DNA of 64,000 nucleotides from Marsupella aquatica (Eukaryota > Plantae > Marchantiophyta). A program made the position numbers and the translations under genes. The notes below the pieces were generated by a model that was not told the DNA's origin, did no database searches, and was given only the letters and a program-made list of their open reading frames with translations. Location: contig OZ316892.1 in the NCBI GenBank assembly GCA_973895155.1, positions 27,302,207 through 27,366,206 on the forward strand, in the 5' to 3' direction. The stretch's first letter is position 1, and every line of letters begins with the position of its first letter. Of this stretch, positions 39,301 to 49,961 are shown one piece after another.

Positions 39301-39525
39301 TCTTCATCATCTGCATGGGGCTCCTCCTCTGGATAGTACTCTACATCATCAAATTCCTTATGGTTTTCACCGGACCCAACATCTTGCCCATCATCTGCAG
39401 AATCTGCCATCGATGGAATGTCCTTCACTGCTAGTCTCTCACTGCGTCGCCGAGGTCCACTTGCACTATCACTAATGCTTTGCCTAGCCCTTCTGTGCAC
39501 TACACTTCTCCTGTCTGGGAGCCTG
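36310..39525 (-). CDS. CACTA TnpA-like protein (multi-exon; exon structure and intactness uncertain)
   Basis: Ptta/En/Spm-type segment QWSKLVHHFLSESGKSKSSQMAYAR..TGRKG. C-terminal VGYG..FHCKEVP.GY.VV..LPVP..TIADAL..VLWP domain. Pro/Gly/His-rich exon at 38597-39140. Confidence 0.78.
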
Positions 39526-39774
39526 CAAGCCATCCAAAAGCAACATCCATTGAACAACTCTAGTAAACATAGCTACATTCATTCCAATTAATGAGCAAAG
39601 TCTGGATAGGTTTTGTGGATGATAATTGTTCCCTTACAAAGCGGAAAATCCCTGTCTGAGCTCAGCTCCCAAAGCTGCCAGCCTCTCATCAACATATGCT
39701 GCACGTATCATGGCTTGCTTTTCAGACTCACTCATCTCATCATCATCTTCTTCCATCCTATTCAATGACAAACA

Positions 39775-42700
39775 TTATTGCATACGCATGGTGTCAGGCT
39801 CAGCCTCTACAAATGGCTCCTCACCCTCCCAAGCATCCACCCGTGTTAGAGGAACATACTCTGTGCTTGTCTGAACAGTACCAACGTCTCCAGTACGTGG
39901 TTGTTCAAATGCACTATGTCTATCTAAATGAAACTCTAGCTTTGAGCCTTCTACCCTACGATTTATGGGCTGCTTATGACACACTACCCTCCAACCTGGG
40001 TTCTCTTCCACATCCAAGAAGAAGGCCTGCTCCACCTGACTGGGATACACAAAAGGCTGCTCCCATTCGAGCAACTTGGACTTGAAATTGGCAAGCAGAA
40101 AGCCATCCCGGTCTCTTTTCATACTGGCCCTGTTACCACGCCACACTTGTCTTACCCATTCACCCTTCATCAAAATTACAGGAGTGGATGTGGCTCCATA
40201 GTCAAGAAGCCAGATATCACTTAGTTCTCCTACATACCCCATCTGCAACACTCCACTACTTTCATCAGGGCTCTCATGCTGAAATACACAAATGAGCCCA
40301 CAATCATATGTTACCCTGGAAGAAGTTGTTTCATCTCTCACTCTATAGTGATTGCCATATGCTGCCATCCGTTTGTAAGACTTTACCAGCAACCGTGGAG
40401 GATTGGAGAGGAGATAGACATCTGCATCCATATTAGGATGGCTTGCATGATGCTCTCGAACTGTGCATCTCAGCCATTCTGACATGCATGGGAATGTGGT
40501 AGACGTGCTTGATTGAATAGCCTTCTGTGCCTCATACTCCCTACACATATAAGTGCATGGATTTAGCAATCAGAGTACACATTCTATACATATCTGCAAT
40601 TTAGAAACCAAGGGCAGCAAAGAAAATTGAAAACAAGTTACATACAGGGAGACCAAAGTAGGTACTCACTCCAGCCAGGGTTGCATTGCATCAGTGTTTT
40701 CCAGAACGTACTGATGAGCCAAGTCTCTAATTTCGATGGTCAGCTTCACTGTGGTTGCAGCACCTTGTAGGACTTCCCCAGACACCCCTTCTTCTTCATC
40801 AGAATTCCATACTCGCCTTGTCACATGCTCGTAATCTGCTAGGTACTCTGTGATGTAGCCCAGAGTTTCATCTTTTATATAACCCCGAGCCATACTTGCC
40901 TCTGGCCTATAGTAAGATCTCACATGACCCTTCATCAACTTCATGTACCGCTCCAGGGGGTACAACCAGCGTGCTGTCACCGGCCCGTACTGGTCTATTT
41001 CTTCCACAACATGGATGAGCAGATGAGTCATTACATCAAAGAATGCAGGCGGGAAATATATTTCAAGATCACACAACAATAGTGCCACATCTTTCTTCAA
41101 TTGGGGAAACTGTGCAGCATCCCACACCTTCACACAAACTCTGCGGAACACATCACTTAGACGCAGTATAACTTTACGCACAGGCTCTTGCATGAGGCCC
41201 CTCAGGCACAATGGCAGGACTTGTTGCATCATGACATGGTAGTCATGGGTTTTCATACTACCAAATTGGAATTTGTTATCCTTCACATGCCTCTTGAATG
41301 CACTAGCATAATCTGTGGGAGCTCGGAGTGAACTCAGCCTTGATAAAAAGGTCTGCCACTCTGTGTCTGTGCAACAATATGGTGCTTGGTACTTCAAAAA
41401 CACGTTTGCCCTGCTCTGGTGTGATGTAAGCCAAAGGTGGGGTCGAATTCCCCTGTCCTTTAGATCCATACATACAGAGCCCGTGTCCTTTTCTCCACTC
41501 AAAAATCGGAGTAGACTCTCGCATATGTTCTTCTCTATGTGCATAACATCAATATTATGTTTGTTTGGATCAAACTCCTGCAACTCCGAAACATCAAGCA
41601 GTGAGCAAATCTCAATCTTCATAATACATACATACTACTTCATACAATCTAACAACTAAATTGACTGAATCACATATATGGGTTGTTGGGGAGAGGAGCT
41701 TACTCGCCAATACTCCAGCTGCAAGTCCAAAATGGACTGTCGTTTCACACCATACAACCTTGCAGGATCCCGTACTCCATCCTCTGCTCCTCCATCTGCA
41801 TCATATTGTGCCTTGGCAGCCCCCCAAGAACTTATTTGCTCCTTCTTCACTCGAGGTGGGGGACTGCGGAGCTCCGTGCGCTTGTTAAAATGTGCTATAA
41901 GATTGGGTCTACGTCTGTAAGGGTGATCAGAGGGCAGAAATCGACGGTGACCAAGGTATTTGATACACTTCAAGGACTTTGAATAGTCACTTGTCACATG
42001 GGGGCCACGTCTTGTGCAAGCTAAATATCCTTTCCCAACCTGGCCTGCAATCATGCTATGGGCAGGGTAATCTGCAATAGTCAACATTACAATAGCTCTA
42101 AGCAAGAATGGATTGGCTTCACCAATCCTCTGTAGCATATCATATGTGAGCACTCCAGTGTACCACAGCTTTCTCAGTTCCTCTACTAGAGGAGCGAGAT
42201 ACACATCTATATTGGCTGCAACAGCACTGTCTGGCCCTGGAATCAACAATGCCAACATTACAAAGAACCGCTTTGTAGTCAACCATGGGGGAATGTTGTA
42301 ATTCAAAAAGGTTACAGGCCAACAAGAGTACGCATTGTTCTTCTCGCCAAATGGGTTCACCCCATCCAATGATAGCCCAAGCCTAACATTCCTTCTCTCC
42401 CTAGCAAACTTAGGATACGCATCATCAATCAACTTCCATTGCTTTGAATCTCCAGCATGGCGTTGTAGCCCATCTCAACTTTTGTTCTTAGTTGTCCATG
42501 TCATCAACTCTGATATGGCACGGCTCCTGAACATTCTCTGCAGTCTGGAAATTATAGGAAAGTGACGGAGCACTTTTGCAGGTTGCTTGGACTTCCCATT
42601 ATTCCGGTACCTGTGCTTCCCACATGTAGGGCATGTCAACTTCTTCTCATGTTCGTTTCTGAAAAGAACATGCCCATCAGGACAGACATGGATTGACTCA

Positions 42701-43521
42701 TAGTTCAGCCCAAGTTTTGATATCAGTCTCTTTGCCTCGTACATGTTTTTTGGCACTAGATTACCTCCTGGCAGCACTGTTTTCTGCAAGAAGGCCAGAA
42801 CCTCGGACACAAAGATGTTTGGCACATTGTGGTTCCCACAAATATTCAGAAACATTAGCACAAATGCTAATTTGGAACAATTGCTTCCTGGGAACAGCGG
42901 ATTGAAGGCCTCCTGAACTTCGGTTGGGGAGCCAAACATGGTGTCCACTCCAGCTGCAGCCTGTTGCCCAATCTCGAACTCATCTGAAGACTCGTGGTCA
43001 TCACCCGGTGCAGTCTCAAACTCTTCTGCATCTTCCATGTCCGCCCGCATTGCATCCATGTCCTGGAAAATATAATGCACCATTTGCTGAACATTGATCC
43101 CTTTGTCTGCAGGCTGCTGAAGGACTTCGGACCCACCCAGTTGAATCATCACATCTGCCAACCCACCAGTGAAGAACTGGTCTCGCCTTGCACTATTTGC
43201 ATTCTCAAAGTCAGCCCTCCATTCCTCATCCGAAGAATCAGCCTCATTCGGATCGTTTGTAACACGCCAACGAGGGTGTCTCCCATGAATTGCCAAGTGC
43301 CCATGAATCTGCCTCAAGACTCTGGTGTGGGAGCCATTGCATTGAGTGCAAGGACATCTCATTCGTGAACTTGGACCTGACCGTGCCACTTTGGCCTGTT
43401 CCCGATTCCAGAGCTTCTGGTCGTGTTGGGAAACCCTCATTGGATGATGTAGAGGCAACCTGGCAGATGTTGGATGGGTCCAAGGGGGAGGGTGACCTAT
43501 GGACACTCTTCTAGACTCCAT
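39775..43521 (-). pseudogene. CACTA TnpD/TNP2 transposase (Transpos_assoc, Transposase_21, DUF4218, DUF4216), one premature stop
   Basis: MRCPCTQC, IHVCPDGHVLFR..CPTCGKHRY, RNVRLGLSLDGVNPF..SCWPV, DVMHIEKN, FPPAFFDVMTHLLIH..RWLYPLERYM, QPFVYPSQVEQAFF. GT-AG introns at 41703-41578 and 40669-40541. In-frame TGA at 42475. Confidence 0.93.
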
Positions 43522-43910
43522 CTTAGAGTTCAGAACATAGGCACTCAGATTTAATTGTCATTTCATTATGAAAGTGGAAAATACATTTCTTGTATAGCTG
43601 TGTTCCGATGTTCACACAATCTACCAAAACATATGACATGATACAGTGTAATAAATCATGCATAGACTTTCTACAACCACCAAAAAACAAACAAGAAAGG
43701 TTCCTGAATTGTGTACCTATTCTCAGGTTACACTGTAACAAAATTCCTAACTGTCTCAGGGTGTCACCTCCTTCGCTGTCCTCACTTATACTGCCTCAGT
43801 CTGCAATGGCCAACCAAGCACGTACATCCATGACCATATCAGAGTCCAATCACCTATAGTCATAGACAAACATGCTTGGCGTGAGAGCAGTATGAGATCT
43901 CCTCACGTTA

Positions 43911-44513
43911 TTACCAGAGTTCATCTGGATACCCACCCTGTTCTCGATGGTAGTCACACCTGAGGTACACTGGCATGTACATCAGGTCATCAAGGAGTAT
44001 GCCCTGGGCATACCAGGGTGGGGTTCGATCTGTGCCTACAAGAAGTGGTTGTAATGCCCTCCACTGAGGGGAGCTAGCTACCAAGTCCCTCCATTGTGTG
44101 CTAATTAGTCTATATTTGCAAATATCTTGTGCGTTTGACCACATAAGAATTCTGGGCCACACATCCGACAACATTATATCATCTGGCAAACCAGGCAACA
44201 AGGAAGTCCCCACAACATTATGCTCTTCTATTTCATCTGCTGAAAAATAAGATTCATCGTCTCTTGCATCCTCAGGCGGTGCCAAAATATGTTTCAACAC
44301 CAACCCATGCAGGAGAGTCCAAACAGTGGCCAGCCATGTGGCAACCCACAGGAGGAGCCTACATAGCGCCGGGTGATGTAGGAAAGGCAACATACCCATC
44401 AAAGTTTGCCGCCAAGATTTGAGCCCACCCCCAGTAAGTTTACAGTGACACCCCCAGGCAGCAAGAAACAACAATCCGCCAACAGTAAAATAAGTCCAAC
44501 TGCGACCAACCAT
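43911..44513 (-). CDS. F-box-like protein with two N-terminal hydrophobic segments (200 aa)
   Basis: SLLPGLPDDIMLSDVWPRI....ICKYRLISTQWRDLV matches the plant F-box pattern LLPGLPDD...R.V...WR.L; open frame. Confidence 0.65.
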   Translation of the reverse strand: MVGRSWTYFTVGGLLFLAAWGCHCKLTGGGLKSWRQTLMGMLPFLHHPALCRLLLWVATWLATVWTLLHGLVLKHILAPPEDARDDESYFSADEIEEHNVVGTSLLPGLPDDIMLSDVWPRILMWSNAQDICKYRLISTQWRDLVASSPQWRALQPLLVGTDRTPPWYAQGILLDDLMYMPVYLRCDYHREQGGYPDELW

Positions 44514-44604
44514 AACAAGCTACGTTAGTTCAAATATCACATTTATTTAAAAGATGTGATTTGTACAAAAAGCTTGTCTCAAAACTGATGCTACTATGTA
44601 CTCC

Positions 44605-45477
44605 TCACTCTGATTCAGAATCGCTAATAACCCCTTCCTCACTTGTTGTCACATAGTTTTCACTGTGAGGATCCTGACCCTTCCGTGGCCAGGCCTCAAA
44701 AAGATCATAGTCCATTGGGTTTTGACGCTTCCCAGCTGCTACTGATTCCACAAGCCAAGCATATGAAACCACAAACACATTATGGGACATGACATAAAAG
44801 CGAATGTCACCTTTCCCAAACTTGCGGCAGGCTTTGGGATATGACTTAGTAATGACATGAGTGGTGTCCTCTGTTATATTCTCCTCCACTATCCCACCTA
44901 GGTCAAGCACTGTGGACTTGTACACTTTGCACTTAACCTCTCCAATTCCCGCCTCCACAAAAACCATGCTCAGCCCTTTCAAAATGGGGGTTGGTTGCTT
45001 CATCTCCTCAGCCAACATACTCTTCAGCCTTCTTGAGCTTTGTCCTGTGTTGAGTACAGGTCCATATTGGACATCAGCAAGCCATGCCTTTGCTTCCCAG
45101 ACTTCTTGTTCAGCCCAAGCTGATGCAGTAGCTTCTTCATCCTCCCACAATTCATATTGCTCAGTATCCTGTACAATCTGATGTGCTATGGAATCTGTGA
45201 TCCAAGAGGCCTCAACTACTTTTAGGCCTCGCTCAATAATTGCAGAATTCATGTAGGACCATGACCACTTCTTTATCACTGATAGCCATGTCCCTGCAAC
45301 AACATGTGTAGTCTCTGGAGTGATGTCCTGAAGTACAGTGCCATGGAGCTCAGAGAATCGTTTCTGTACAGTTGGCCAATGCACTTTGGTCAACCCATGC
45401 TGGCCATGGACCAAAATGGCTCTGACCCCTGTAAACACTGCTGGGTGGTCAAACTTCCTACGTTTCCCAGGCTCCAT
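44605..45477 (-). CDS. Tandem BRCT-domain protein (290 aa), Pol-lambda-like BRCTs
   Basis: Two repeats of F/L.G...V...G.V...IT..TTHV....VV...W...S......Y.L. The second repeat, including KFGK, recalls the plant DNA polymerase lambda N-terminal BRCT. Intact and intronless. Confidence 0.82.
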   Translation of the reverse strand: MEPGKRRKFDHPAVFTGVRAILVHGQHGLTKVHWPTVQKRFSELHGTVLQDITPETTHVVAGTWLSVIKKWSWSYMNSAIIERGLKVVEASWITDSIAHQIVQDTEQYELWEDEEATASAWAEQEVWEAKAWLADVQYGPVLNTGQSSRRLKSMLAEEMKQPTPILKGLSMVFVEAGIGEVKCKVYKSTVLDLGGIVEENITEDTTHVITKSYPKACRKFGKGDIRFYVMSHNVFVVSYAWLVESVAAGKRQNPMDYDLFEAWPRKGQDPHSENYVTTSEEGVISDSESE

Positions 45478-46061
45478 GTACACACACCCTATGTGATGAG
45501 AGTGAATATTGGAAGAATGGGTTCACTTGCCAATAGAAGGACACCAAAATTCCTGCTTTTTAAGTTGATCCGGTCCACTGTTGCTCAAGTCCAATTTTGA
45601 TAGGTACAGGGGATATGTGAACAATAAGTACTAGACCTGCACCAATGTAGGACATTGTTTGAGTATATACTAGGAATTCCATATCAAAGGTGAAATGAAG
45701 TGCAACCAACTTGTCATGGCCGCACATACATATTTTTTTGTAAAGGAGGATACATTCAATGACAAACTTATAGGGCAATTTGATTAATTGCATGCCTGAT
45801 GCTTACAACTTTGAAGTCCTGTTTTAATTTAGCAGTCTGATGAGAGTGTTTGTGAAAATGACCACTCAGTCTAAATACTTCCAAGAAGGCTTGTAAGGAT
45901 AAGTTTTTATAGGCATGTACCCAGCCAATAACGCCAGGGCACAGGATAAGTGCTCCCTGTATAAACTCGCCTACCCAAGTCCTGTTCAAAATTGGAATCT
46001 CTGCAATCTCCAAAAATAGCACATCCACATTAGGTGCCCTATGCATGTACAATGTTCAGCT

Positions 46062-46742
46062 TCACAGCCAAGATATGTGATCTCTCACAGGAGTGCGCGA
46101 GGTAGGATCAATGGCATGGCGATGACAATAAAATATCCATCGATCAACACCATGTGCAGAGTGATCATAGATTTCTCTGTCACAAGCATAACCCTGTGCT
46201 TGACAATCTTTCAAGCAATGATAGTGCCACATAGTGGGACACCTAGCACAGTGGACTATGTCAGCCCAGTACTCATCATCATGCTCACAACATGCCTTGC
46301 ACCTATGAAGTGGGCAAGCTATGGCATGAGCAGGCAAACACTCAAAACAGAAAAACCTCACACAAAAATGGTCTGGATATTTCCTAACATCCGGTGCAGC
46401 ATCAATAGAGCCCTCATAGGACCCCAACTTCCCACACTGTGCACACTTAGCCTGCTTCTCCAAACAATCAGTGCACATCCAGTCTCCCTGGTGTGTTGAC
46501 GGGAGGCCCACCCCTGGACAGTTGTTTTCTGCAGCAAGGTCAGACTCCGGGTTGAGGTGGAAATGCCTCATGCAAGGGCCCTCACAGATGACCAAGCTCC
46601 CACCATCATCACAAATGGCACAACAATGAGCTGCCTTCTGGAAAATCTGACTTGCAGAGAAGTTAGTAACATGTGGCCCAGGTACACCTGTGTTGCTCAC
46701 CTCTATCACATGCTTTTTTGCTGGAATTTTGGGGCGTGCCAT
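46062..46742 (-). CDS. EDM2-like composite PHD-finger protein, PHD region only (226 aa)
   Basis: CAICDDGG.L..CEGPCMRHFH...C..C..CGKLGS...CPLHRC..C...CARCP..WH..CL...IFYCHRHAID....TPVRDHI follows the EDM2 PHD block. Intact and intronless, with no other EDM2 domains. Confidence 0.85.
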   Translation of the reverse strand: MARPKIPAKKHVIEVSNTGVPGPHVTNFSASQIFQKAAHCCAICDDGGSLVICEGPCMRHFHLNPESDLAAENNCPGVGLPSTHQGDWMCTDCLEKQAKCAQCGKLGSYEGSIDAAPDVRKYPDHFCVRFFCFECLPAHAIACPLHRCKACCEHDDEYWADIVHCARCPTMWHYHCLKDCQAQGYACDREIYDHSAHGVDRWIFYCHRHAIDPTSRTPVRDHISWL

Positions 46743-47479
46743 ACCTACGCATGAGACAGACAGTACAATTAAGTAGACGGTACAGGCAATACATTTTGGC
46801 AGACTGTACAGACAATGTATTTTAGCAGACTTCACATAAAGTAAAATTTAGCATTTAAGGTACAAAGGCATTAACTACTGCAATGAATTGCAATGCCCAC
46901 ACAAGGATGCAGAGCAAACATACTTTTGGTTTGTTGAGCCCACACACAAAACTGAACCCCTAGTACAATTGCTCCACCAACACCTCAAATTCGTGGATGT
47001 GATTCACCAAAAAAGATCTGCAACAACATTTCATGCATTTGAATCACATACAATAGTCATCACATGAAAAATAGGCATTTTTCCAACAAGATTGGGATCA
47101 AGCAGTGTGATGAGGGTTGTACTTTATACATCCTATATAGGCTATGATAGTGAGACAAATAAGTCATACGTGTAAGGGATGTTTGCAGGTTATCGCATGG
47201 CCCATTAATTTTGTCATAGAATGTTACAATGTTGGCCAAGTTAAAGTAGACATTAAAGCAGTCTTTGAATGGAGAATTTAAAGAGAGCTTGCCTAATTCT
47301 TACATTAGAATATTCCACTTAGTGCAGCCAAAATAGGATAAGTTATATACTCTGGACCCTAAACACTTTACCCAAAATTGCTCATACTTCAAAATTTTAA
47401 ATTAATATCCTCGGTGCTTAAGTCAGAGCATTAAGTGTGAGGTCATTCCACTCTATTGCAAAAAAAGTCAAACCGAGAG

Positions 47480-48170
47480 ACATGATCCCAAAGGCAAAGC
47501 AACCCAATGAAGGGAAGGAAAAGAGGGGAAAGGGCCCCAAGAGAAACAAGCCAAGCGGACCCCAACCAAAAGCCTACGAAGAAACAAGGACCAAAAAAGG
47601 AACCTACAAAGGAGCCACGAAGGCTAACACCCTATTGAGTGGAGAATTGAAAAGCCTGGTAGAGCTTGGAGTAAACCACATAGGAGTCATGACGCGAAAC
47701 CTGCCGAGAGACCCTAAAACCAACTGCCTTAGCTCTATGAAGGAGGCAGGGAAGGAGGGTGAAAGCCTGGGCCCGCTGAAGAGCCATGAACACCGAAACA
47801 GCAGCAGCCAGACAAAGATCACCAACGCAAGGGCCCAAGGCCCCACAGACCGAACACCAGGCACCAGAATCCCCACAAAGGCCTCCAGTCGGGAGGTCAC
47901 ACAGTAAAGGGAGTTGAGCGAAACTCCACGAGGATGGCACCAAGATGAGGCTACAAGTGACAAACCAGACAAAAAAGATCAGAGGCCAAAAAAGGATGGA
48001 CACATGTCAGCAAGGGATTAGGGTCGACTGCATGTGCGGCCACCAAACCCGGAGGAGATCAGGGGGCGTGAGGTCACTCTTGGCGAGTGACCTCCCACCG
48101 GCTTGGCCCACCCACCTGCATTAATTACTCTCATCCTGCGGGAAGGCCCTCCAAGCTAGAGGGTGCACAC
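47480..48170 (+). repeat. Unclassified repeat related to 770-1030
   Basis: GATCCCAAAG.CAAAGCAACCCAAT...AAGGGAAG..AA.AGGGGAA.GGCCC and a downstream CTGCATTAATT occur in both places. Confidence 0.45.
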
Positions 48171-48172
48171 AC

Positions 48173-49961
48173 TGTTGAGCATAGACGACATTTGCAACGA
48201 CAAGCCCATGAACCATCCAACGCACAATAGTCGACATAGAGAGATACGTGGTTCACCTCCACATGAGGCTACGTCCAGGGGAACACACAAGAGCTTTACT
48301 GCACTCTAGGCCGACCGGCCATACCAAGCATCCACAACACCAACTCTCCCTATCTCTCAACTAGCTCCGTAATAATGAGCCTAAGTTCCTCCAAGGTCTG
48401 GCATCAGCCCTGGATATATATACAACAGCACTACCGCTAACATTAGCTAAGTCCTAACCCGAGTTAGACTAACTATGGTTAGCTCATGAGTCACAAGACT
48501 AGAGCAATATCTAACAAACTCCCCCTTAACTCTTGTCTTGGGGACTGGACTAAATGCTATTATATGGAATCCTCAGCGGGAAGTTCTAGACAATCACCAA
48601 ACCAGGCCGGCCGGAGGAGGGTGTAAGGGAGGGGTCGAGAGGCGCTGGCAGCCTGATGCAGGGCGGGGCCGACGGGGGGTTCGTGAGGGCAGAGAGTCGA
48701 GGGCTTAAGGCCGGGGTGCGGGGGCAGCCGGCGTCCCACAAAGGCAGGTAGGGCGAGCGGGGAGGGGATGGCCAGGGCGTGCGTCGGCCGGCGCTGCGGA
48801 CCCCGCCTGAAAATCGGGGTGCGGGGGGGGCGCGAAGTGAATACACGGGGCCGGGAGGGGGTGTGAGGTGTGTATACACACACCAAGTGACCCCCTTTAA
48901 ATCCAAAAATTAGCCCTAAAGCAAAAAATACCGATTACTCAACCTAACAGCCGCCATTTTAAACAAGAAAACAATGAGTTACCGACGGGATATGTTGCTG
49001 AATCACACCGGCGCCGTCTGCAACTCCAGCACTATAATAACTTCCGCCGCATCGCCTTCACTCCGCGTCAAGTGCCAATCCCGGACTCAAAACAACCGCC
49101 TTACTGCGATCAATCCATTGAGCCGTAGCACTTCGCGTTTCTTCCACCGAGTCGGATGTCACGAAGAGAACCCCGGTTCAGATGAGAACAAGCTCCATAG
49201 CTTGTGAAAAAACCTGAACGCCTCCTTCACTTGTCATGTCGCACTCGGTAACAACTCGGCAGCAATCCAGCTACCAAAACGACTAGCTCGCTTCAACCTT
49301 CAACTTGAGCTATAATGTGCAATCCACCCCGCACCGCACAACTCACACCATTGAAAAATGCAAACGCTGGTCTCTCCCCCGAAATACCGTCGAACACAAA
49401 TAAACCCTGAACGACGCAAATTTCAATTCCTCCGCACCACGGATACCGATCAACGAGTTCTTACCACCGTTAGAACATCCTCTCACTAACCTATCCGCAC
49501 AGCCACACACATTCAAGTTTCATGCGACGAAACTCTGAATGTGCCATCGACAATGAATGCTGGAAAAACCTATCACGAAAAAACCTCGTCACCTCCCAGG
49601 CATGCTCTAATACCACTTGTTGAGCATAGACGACATTCACAAAGACAAGCCCATGAACCATCCAACGCACAATAGTCGACACAGAGAGATACGTGGTTCA
49701 CCTCCACATGAGGCTACGTCCATGGGAACACACAAGAGCTTTATTGCACTCTAGGCCGACCGGCCATACCAAGCATCCACAACACAAGCTCTCCCTATCT
49801 CTCAACTAGCTCCGTAACAATGAGCCTAAGTTCCTCCAGGGTCTGGCATCAGCCCTGGATATATACACAACAGCACTACCGCTAACATTAGCTAAGTCCT
49901 AACCCGAGTTAGACTAACTGTGGTTAGCTCATGAGTCACAAGACTAGAGCAATATCTAACA
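48173..49961 (-). mobile_element. Internally deleted 1.79-kb derivative of Copia family A (TRIM-like)
   Basis: 344-bp LTRs at 48173-48516 and 49618-49961, PBS (one mismatch) at 49604-49615, PPT, and 5' and 3' UTRs homologous to element 1. No gag-pol. Flanks CACAC/AACAT are not a perfect TSD. Confidence 0.93.

Larger units (their letters stand above)
35419..46900 (-). mobile_element. CACTA (En/Spm) DNA transposon; 3' end at 35419, 5' end not found in the window
   Basis: Terminus CACTAGTAGAAA, dense TGACT/AGTCA subterminal repeats at 35440-36000, and TnpA and TnpD genes. The right boundary is an estimate. Confidence 0.85.

Noticed and set aside
45768-46052. Fourth cargo ORF between the PHD and BRCT genes
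   Set aside because: Only 94 aa with no recognisable motif; unsupported without homologues.
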